From Cyanobacteria bacterium LVE1205-1 (GTDB lineage: Bacteria; Cyanobacteriota; Cyanobacteriia; CAIUCS01): a stretch of DNA of 64,000 nt. The stretch is taken from contig CP089922.1 in assembly GCA_041879355.1 (NCBI GenBank), positions 462,172-526,171 of the forward strand, in the 5' to 3' direction. Every line of letters starts with the position of its first letter. Position 1 is the stretch's first letter. Position numbers and translations under genes: made by a program. The notes under the pieces are model-generated. The model saw nothing but the letters and a program-made list of their open reading frames with translations. It ran no database searches and had not been told where the DNA came from. Positions 58,519-64,000 of the stretch are shown here, piece by piece.

Positions 58519-59066
58519 TAAATCCGGTTTTCTAGATATTGACCAATCATCAATTGCTCCTGTGCCCGTGAAATAATTGTTTGACGAACACGATAGTGGG
58601 AACCAACTAGTTTTAATTCCTCCTCAAATACATTTCCATCATACTCGGTATGAAGGGTCATGGTGTGGTTATCCCCCATGGTGTAGCGGGCAATAATCGG
58701 GCTTGAGGTATTAAACCCACGATCTCGATATAGGGATGAGCCGAGGACACCAAATACAGTTGATCCATTTACCTGACGGGGACTAGGACCTACATAATCA
58801 CTTTCCCATGTCGTCAGGGCTCCAAATTTTAATAGTGTTTCATCCCCAAGCCCATGGACTTGGGCTAAATGGATTAATCGTTCATCACCAAAGGGCAGAA
58901 ATTCAACCGTAATGGAGCTGACCACTTCTTGTACTGTATCGTTTTTTAAGGTATAGTAACGCCGTTGCGATCGCCAGTTACCATGGGATTGACGAAAAAA
59001 TTCTTCTGCTCGTGTTTCCGATTGGGAATGGTCTGATAGTCGGACAGCTGGGGATAAGATGGTCAT
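58518..59066 (-). CDS. Phycobiliprotein lyase, CpcS/CpeS family
   Basis: EFFRQSHGNWRSQRRYYTL N-terminal signature, NGSTVFGVLG...LYRDRGF, TLHTEYDGNVFEEEL. Confidence 0.65.
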   Translation of the reverse strand: MTILSPAVRLSDHSQSETRAEEFFRQSHGNWRSQRRYYTLKNDTVQEVVSSITVEFLPFGDERLIHLAQVHGLGDETLLKFGALTTWESDYVGPSPRQVNGSTVFGVLGSSLYRDRGFNTSSPIIARYTMGDNHTMTLHTEYDGNVFEEELKLVGSHYRVRQTIISRAQEQLMIGQYLENRI

Positions 59067-59406
59067 AGATGTGCAAATTTAGACTGGTTATGGGAAGTAC
59101 ATTGAAAACAGTATTACAAAAAGCAAGTAACTCTCTTGGGATGGGTTGAGGATTTTGATGTCCAACTCTTGCCACAAAATATAAGCCAAGACTTGGACAT
59201 CTCCAATTCCATTGATACCGACATGGGGCAACCCTCAATGCCCCAGCCTGTAAACGAGATTACAAGGGAAAATTAAATGATTCTATATAAAATGTAACAA
59301 ATCTTAAAAATTTTTGCATTGATTTCCCTTTCAGGGGAAGGATATTTTGGTTGTCGGGAGAATGGGTCTAAAACTCCGTTCTTTTAGTATAGTACTCCCC
59401 ATATTC

Positions 59407-60606
59407 TGGACAGGTTAATAAGATAGTCTCGCTGCCAATAGACTATGAAACTATACGGAGGAGATTGCAAGCCATGCAGCGAAAACGACATACCCCAGAG
59501 TTTAAGACGAAAGTGGTCGGGGAATAAAACGATCAACGAAATCGCCAGTGAAATGGGGATTCACGCAACCCAGATTACTCAATGGAAAAAACAGGCTCAG
59601 GAAGGACTCAAGGAGGTCTTTGCGGATCGTCGAGGGAAGAGCCAGAGCCAGGAACCCTTAATTGAGCAGCTTTACCAGAACATTGCTCGGCTCCAAGTGG
59701 AACTGGAGTGGTTGCAAAAAATCTGGTCTTACCTCTTGAATCAAAGCGGCAACTCATTGAACCCGTAAACCGAGAGATCAGCATTGTGCGTCAGTGCGAA
59801 TTGCTGGAACTCAATCGAAGTAGCGACTACTACGAAGCAGCCAGGGAAAGCTCACATAAGGAGTACCTGATGGGAAAGTTCGATGAGCAGTATACCCAAA
59901 CTCCGTTCTACGGGGTATTGGGAATGACGGAAGTCCTGCGAGCCCAAGGAGAAGAGGTCAATCCTAAACAAGTCCGTCGTCTACTCAGGGTAATGGGTTT
60001 AGAAGCTATCTATCCCAAACCCAAAATCTCATCGTCAGGTAAGAATAGTCGTCGCTATCCCTATCTGCTCAGGGGAAAAGCCATTGAGCGTCCCAACCAC
60101 GTTTGGAGTACTGACATCACATACATTCGACTGGACAAGGGATTTATTTACCTTGTAGCGGTGATTGACTGGTACAGCCAGTATGTCCTCTCATGGGAAG
60201 TCTCCAATACCCTGGATGTCCACTTTTGTCTGGATGTTCTGGAAAGTACTCTCTCTCAAGGGATGCCAGAGATTTTCAATACCGACCAGGGCAGCCAATT
60301 TACCAGTCTTGCTTTTACTGACCGTCTACTCAAAGGAGGGATAACAATCAGTTAGGATGGGCGTGGTCGAGCCCTAGACAACATTTTTGTGGAACGGATT
60401 TGGCACTCATTGAAATACGAGGAGGTGTACCTAAAGTCCTACAGGTCTGTGTCAGAGGCAATTCAAGGGATTGGGGACTATTTCAGATTTTATAACCACG
60501 ATCGTTTACATCAGTGGTTGGATTATCAGACACCAGCTATGGTTCACAGAAAAGGCAATGCCTGCTTGTAATGAATTCGCATTGAGTCTTTCTGTCTTAT
60601 GTCCAG
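59407..60606 (+). mobile_element. IS3-family insertion sequence, about 1.2 kb, with imperfect terminal inverted repeats
   Basis: Left end TGGACAGGTTAATAAGATAGTCTC, right end (reverse complement) TGGACATAAGACAGAAAGACTC; internal orfA/orfB transposase. Confidence 0.75.
59473..60571 (+). CDS. IS3-family transposase OrfA-OrfB (HTH + DDE integrase core); disrupted by an extra frameshift in orfA and an in-frame stop near 60355
   Basis: OrfA MQRKRHTPEFKTKVV... then NKTINEIASEMGIH; OrfB VWSTDITYI, NTDQGSQFTS, ALDNIFVERIWHSLKYEEVY; A-rich frameshift window GCAAAAAAT. Confidence 0.8.
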
Positions 60607-60701
60607 CATTAACCAACAAATGCCTTACAAGGAGGTGATGTAATTAATGTAACACCAACAACAAATGCACTGCTAAGTGAAATTACTTCTTAAATTAGCA
60701 T

Positions 60702-61436
60702 TGCATAATAAAGTATGAGTTCAAGGAAGAGAGATGAAATGTCCACAGTGTGGATCAGAACACATACGCAAAAATGGTATTCAGAAAGGAAAACAAAATC
60801 CCATTTGCGCTGAATGTGGACGACAGTTTATAAATCCCAGTGAACAAACCAAAGCATTCCCAGAAACTACCAAACAAACTTGCCTGAAGATGTATCTCAA
60901 TGGCATGGGATTCAGGGCTATAGAAAGAGTGATGGGAGTACATCACAGTCATTGATTGGGTTCAACAAAAAGGTAAGAAGTTACCTGATGCAATTGCTCC
61001 AGAGAATATCCCCGATGTGGGCGAATGGGATGAACTGGAAACATTTGTCGGGTCAAAAAAACAAGATTTGGGTGTGGACAGCAGTAGACCATTTCCGTAA
61101 GGGCATCCTAGCTTGGACTTTAGGTGATCATAGTGCTGAGACTTTTGAGCCATTATGGACAATAGTAGTGGCATGGCAATGCTATTTCTATGTCACTGAT
61201 GGATGGACTGTATATCCAAGTTTTATCCCTGATGGTGATCAGAGTATTAGCAAGACTTACATGACGCGAGTTGAGGGAGAAACTCGCGGTTACGTCACTA
61301 TCTGGCACGATTGCACCGTAAAACTTTCTGCTATTCCAAGTCTGTAGATATGTTGCGTTACTCTGTGCGGTTGCTGATTCATTATCTTCATGACCCTTCT
61401 GTCCTGTTCTCTTCATGATTCATACTTTATCCTGCA
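60702..61436 (+). mobile_element. IS1-family insertion sequence, about 735 bp
   Basis: Terminal inverted repeats TGCATAATAAAGTATGAG (60702..60719) and reverse complement of CATACTTTATCCTGCA (61421..61436); InsA/InsB-like ORFs inside. Confidence 0.65.
60734..61347 (+). CDS. IS1-family transposase InsA-InsB (zinc-finger InsA fused to InsB by frameshift)
   Basis: InsA CPQCGS...CAECG zinc finger and HTH; InsB KIWVWTAVD...YVTDGW...ISKTYMTRVE. Confidence 0.7.
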
Positions 61437-61495
61437 ACGCCCTTAAATTCACTCTTTTTCTGTCTTGACATTGGGGAGTACCATAGATAACTCTG

Positions 61496-61968
61496 ATGCA
61501 GCGCCAAGTCTGCTGGGCGCACTTGAAACGAGATTTTACCCGCATCGCAGAACGGAGTGGGATGTCTCAATCGATAGGAGAAGGCTTGCTGGCGGAGGAG
61601 AAAAAGCTATTTCAGCTCTGGTATCAGGTGCGAGACGGCACCTCACTCGCAGCACCTTTCGCCAGACGGTTCAACCCATCTAGGCGGAGGTCAACCGATG
61701 GTTGCAAGACACCGCCAGCTATGACATTGGGGCTCAGGAAAAGACTCCGCTGTCCAAAACCATGCGCACATGCTGACAACTTCTGGCGATTGAGTCGACC
61801 CTATGGACGTTTGTCGATATCGTCGGGATTGAACCCACCAACAATGGGGCACAGGGAGCCTTACGTCCCGCTGTGATCTGGCAACGCACCAGTTTCGGCA
61901 CTCAGTCTCAGACAGACAGCGAGTTTATCGCCCGCCTGTTGAAGGTGATCTCTTCCTTGCAGACCTAA
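61496..61968 (+). pseudogene. IS66-family-like transposase C-terminal remnant
   Basis: CWAHLKRDF motif, then in another frame IEPTNNGAQGALRPAVIWQRTSFG; no N-terminal part, frame-disrupted. Confidence 0.45.
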
Positions 61969-62195
61969 CAGCGAGATGTCTTGGACTTCTTGATCCAGTC
62001 CATTCAGTCCAGATGCTTAGGGCAGGAACACCCTGTCCTGTGACCTCAACCCTCTGCCGGGGAGAAAACCCCTTTAACAGCGTAGCCCCCTGAATCTTTA
62101 CGTCTTGCCATCGGTTATTGAGAAGTTACTAAATTAAATATACTTACTTTTTAGATGGACTAAACCCAGTACTTAATTCATCAGGGGGGATGGCA

Positions 62196-62912
62196 TTAAC
62201 CGGGGGGTATCAGGGGGGTAACAAAGTGTCCTATACAAGTGGCACCAGATGCCATCTCTAGGGCACTAGCAATAATATCTCCTTTCAATTGGGCAGTTTG
62301 TGTTAATATTAATTTCCCCTCTGCTACTACATTGGCATAAACTTTTCCATAAATAGTTATATTCACTGCTCGAATCTCTGGACCTTGGATAGTTCCGGCA
62401 GTAGCCACTTCAATATCACCTTCAGCTTCTACCGTCCCGAAAATCTTACTATCTACCCGTAAGTTACCTTTAATTTGTAATATGCCAAAATCCTCTTGGG
62501 TTTCATTAGATGGCAATCCGGGGGGTAAACGAGTACCTGAGTAAGTTGAGGGGGATGGCTGTAATTCGGGAATATTACTGGAAACAATATGTCCAACATA
62601 GGAAGCCCCAGCAGCAATATCAAGAGCATCAACAACTATATCTCCTTCCAATCGAGCAGAGCGACTTAAACTAAGTTTACCATCCGCTACTACGTTAGCA
62701 TTAACTGTTCCATTGACAGTCAGGTTTACACCTCTAACCTCATGACCTCGAATTGAACCATCGGCAGAGACTTCTACATCCCCATCAACGTCTACTGAGC
62801 CTTCAATTTTACCGTCAACTCGAAGATTACTCTTCTTGACAGTCAGTGTTCCTACAAATTCACTGCCACTACTAACATAGGTGACGGTATTAGATGCTTG
62901 GCGATTGTACAT
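62196..62912 (-). CDS. Tandem bactofilin-domain protein
   Basis: Two repeats of a bactofilin-like module (NLRVDGKIEGSVDVDGDVEVSADGSIRG... and NLRVDSKIFGTVEAEGDIEVATAGTIQG...), each ending with a GH(I/F)V segment. Confidence 0.7.
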   Translation of the reverse strand: MYNRQASNTVTYVSSGSEFVGTLTVKKSNLRVDGKIEGSVDVDGDVEVSADGSIRGHEVRGVNLTVNGTVNANVVADGKLSLSRSARLEGDIVVDALDIAAGASYVGHIVSSNIPELQPSPSTYSGTRLPPGLPSNETQEDFGILQIKGNLRVDSKIFGTVEAEGDIEVATAGTIQGPEIRAVNITIYGKVYANVVAEGKLILTQTAQLKGDIIASALEMASGATCIGHFVTPLIPPG

Positions 62913-64000
62913 TGGATTACCTAATAATGAATTTTTAGTAGAATAGAAAAATCAATTCGAGTCATTGTATAGAAATTCTGGATGTCTGATGACATTCCTA
63001 AACAGTAAAAGAAGGAATCTTTGACTCAAAGTATACGGAATCAGTGAATCCTCCTCTGCTGAAGAAATCCATAAACTTTAGGGTACTGGGAAGATTGGGT
63101 TTTATCCTTAGGAAAGAGTTTTCCCCTTTAATCCTTTTGACTTTTCCAGCACTGGCTTACATAGTTTAGGCTTACATAGTTTAGAAATAAAAGTCGATTC
63201 TTAATTTTAACTTTGAAGTTAACCCGGTGATGAACTGATTTAGGTTATACCTGTCAGCACCCCAATTATTATCCAACATCTCAAAGCCTGATTACGGGAA
63301 AAAAGAAGAACCAAGACTACCTTATTAATTAAATAAAGTTGCGTAGCGGTTTTCAATAGAGTGAGACATCAATAGCTTAATTTTACCCCCTAGACTTTTA
63401 TCTACTCAGATCCACCCTCTAGTCCCCCAAGTTGGGGGGTTGATGGGATTCACCGTGTACTTCATTCAAACGAAACCTACTATGTTCTTCTTTGACCTTT
63501 AAGGTTGCTCCAAGTACCAGTATAAATTTACGTTAGTATTATGAAAGATGTTACACCATTAACCCATGCTAAAAATACAGAGTCCTGAACCTTTTTCAAC
63601 TACGCAAAAATATATTCCCAAAAACGCTCAAAAAAAAGGTTGTGTAGGCTACATTCAACATGGGATACTTGATTCTTATGGTCGCTACCTGTTCTTGAAT
63701 CTGGAATACAAGCAATTTAATTAAAGTATACCAACAGGACATCTGGAAAAATTAAAAATAATTGAGAAATACAATGATAGAACCTACATTCCGCAGCAGC
63801 AGTGCCAAATTCAGAAGGATGGTAGGTCATTTCAGCGATCGCCCAGATTATTAAGAATTACAAAGTTATCTTGGAATAAAACTTTCAGAGCCATCCAAAT
63901 TTGAATTTGGAATTATAGCTGTAGCCATATTGGTTAGGATGTAAGCTAGAAATATAGACCCTTCCCCTTGCGTACCATGCCTAAACCCTATAGCCTTGAT

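Noticed and set aside
1-64000. CRISPR array or known defence system
   Set aside because: No array of regularly spaced direct repeats was seen, and no Cas, restriction-modification or toxin-antitoxin signatures were recognised; the short direct repeats at 18689..18712 and 63148..63180 are single tandem duplications

Overview
This 64 kb window reads as a cyanobacterial chromosomal segment: it carries psbA, psbZ, a CcmP-like carboxysome shell gene, a CpcS-family phycobiliprotein lyase, the ctaCDE cytochrome oxidase operon, and about 28 copies of the HIP1 palindrome GCGATCGC. Most of it is housekeeping (clpP-clpX, ribF, ribH, rnhA, tRNA-Ala, rps1, purE, rsmH-hisS, malQ, murE, fabI, tyrA, folB, msrPQ). 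No CRISPR array, Cas gene or restriction-modification gene was seen. At least 18 genes are split across reading frames, and every junction I traced lies at a homopolymer run, so I read these as assembly indel errors and report each as one CDS with outer coordinates. The accessory content is an insertion-sequence cluster at 59.4-62.0 kb (IS3-family element, IS1-family element, IS66-like remnant) next to a tandem-bactofilin gene and a gene-free AT-rich tail, plus two dispersed short repeat families and an IS200 tnpA remnant. The best candidates for something undescribed are a histidine-kinase-like protein with an intact H-box but degenerate ATP-binding motifs and two pseudo-receiver domains (45.3-47.0 kb), an orphan NurA-like nuclease with a lone TldD/PmbA neighbour (52.3-55.5 kb), and a ProA paralog lacking the catalytic cysteine (16.4-17.6 kb). 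All family assignments are from reading the translations against remembered motifs; no database search was run.
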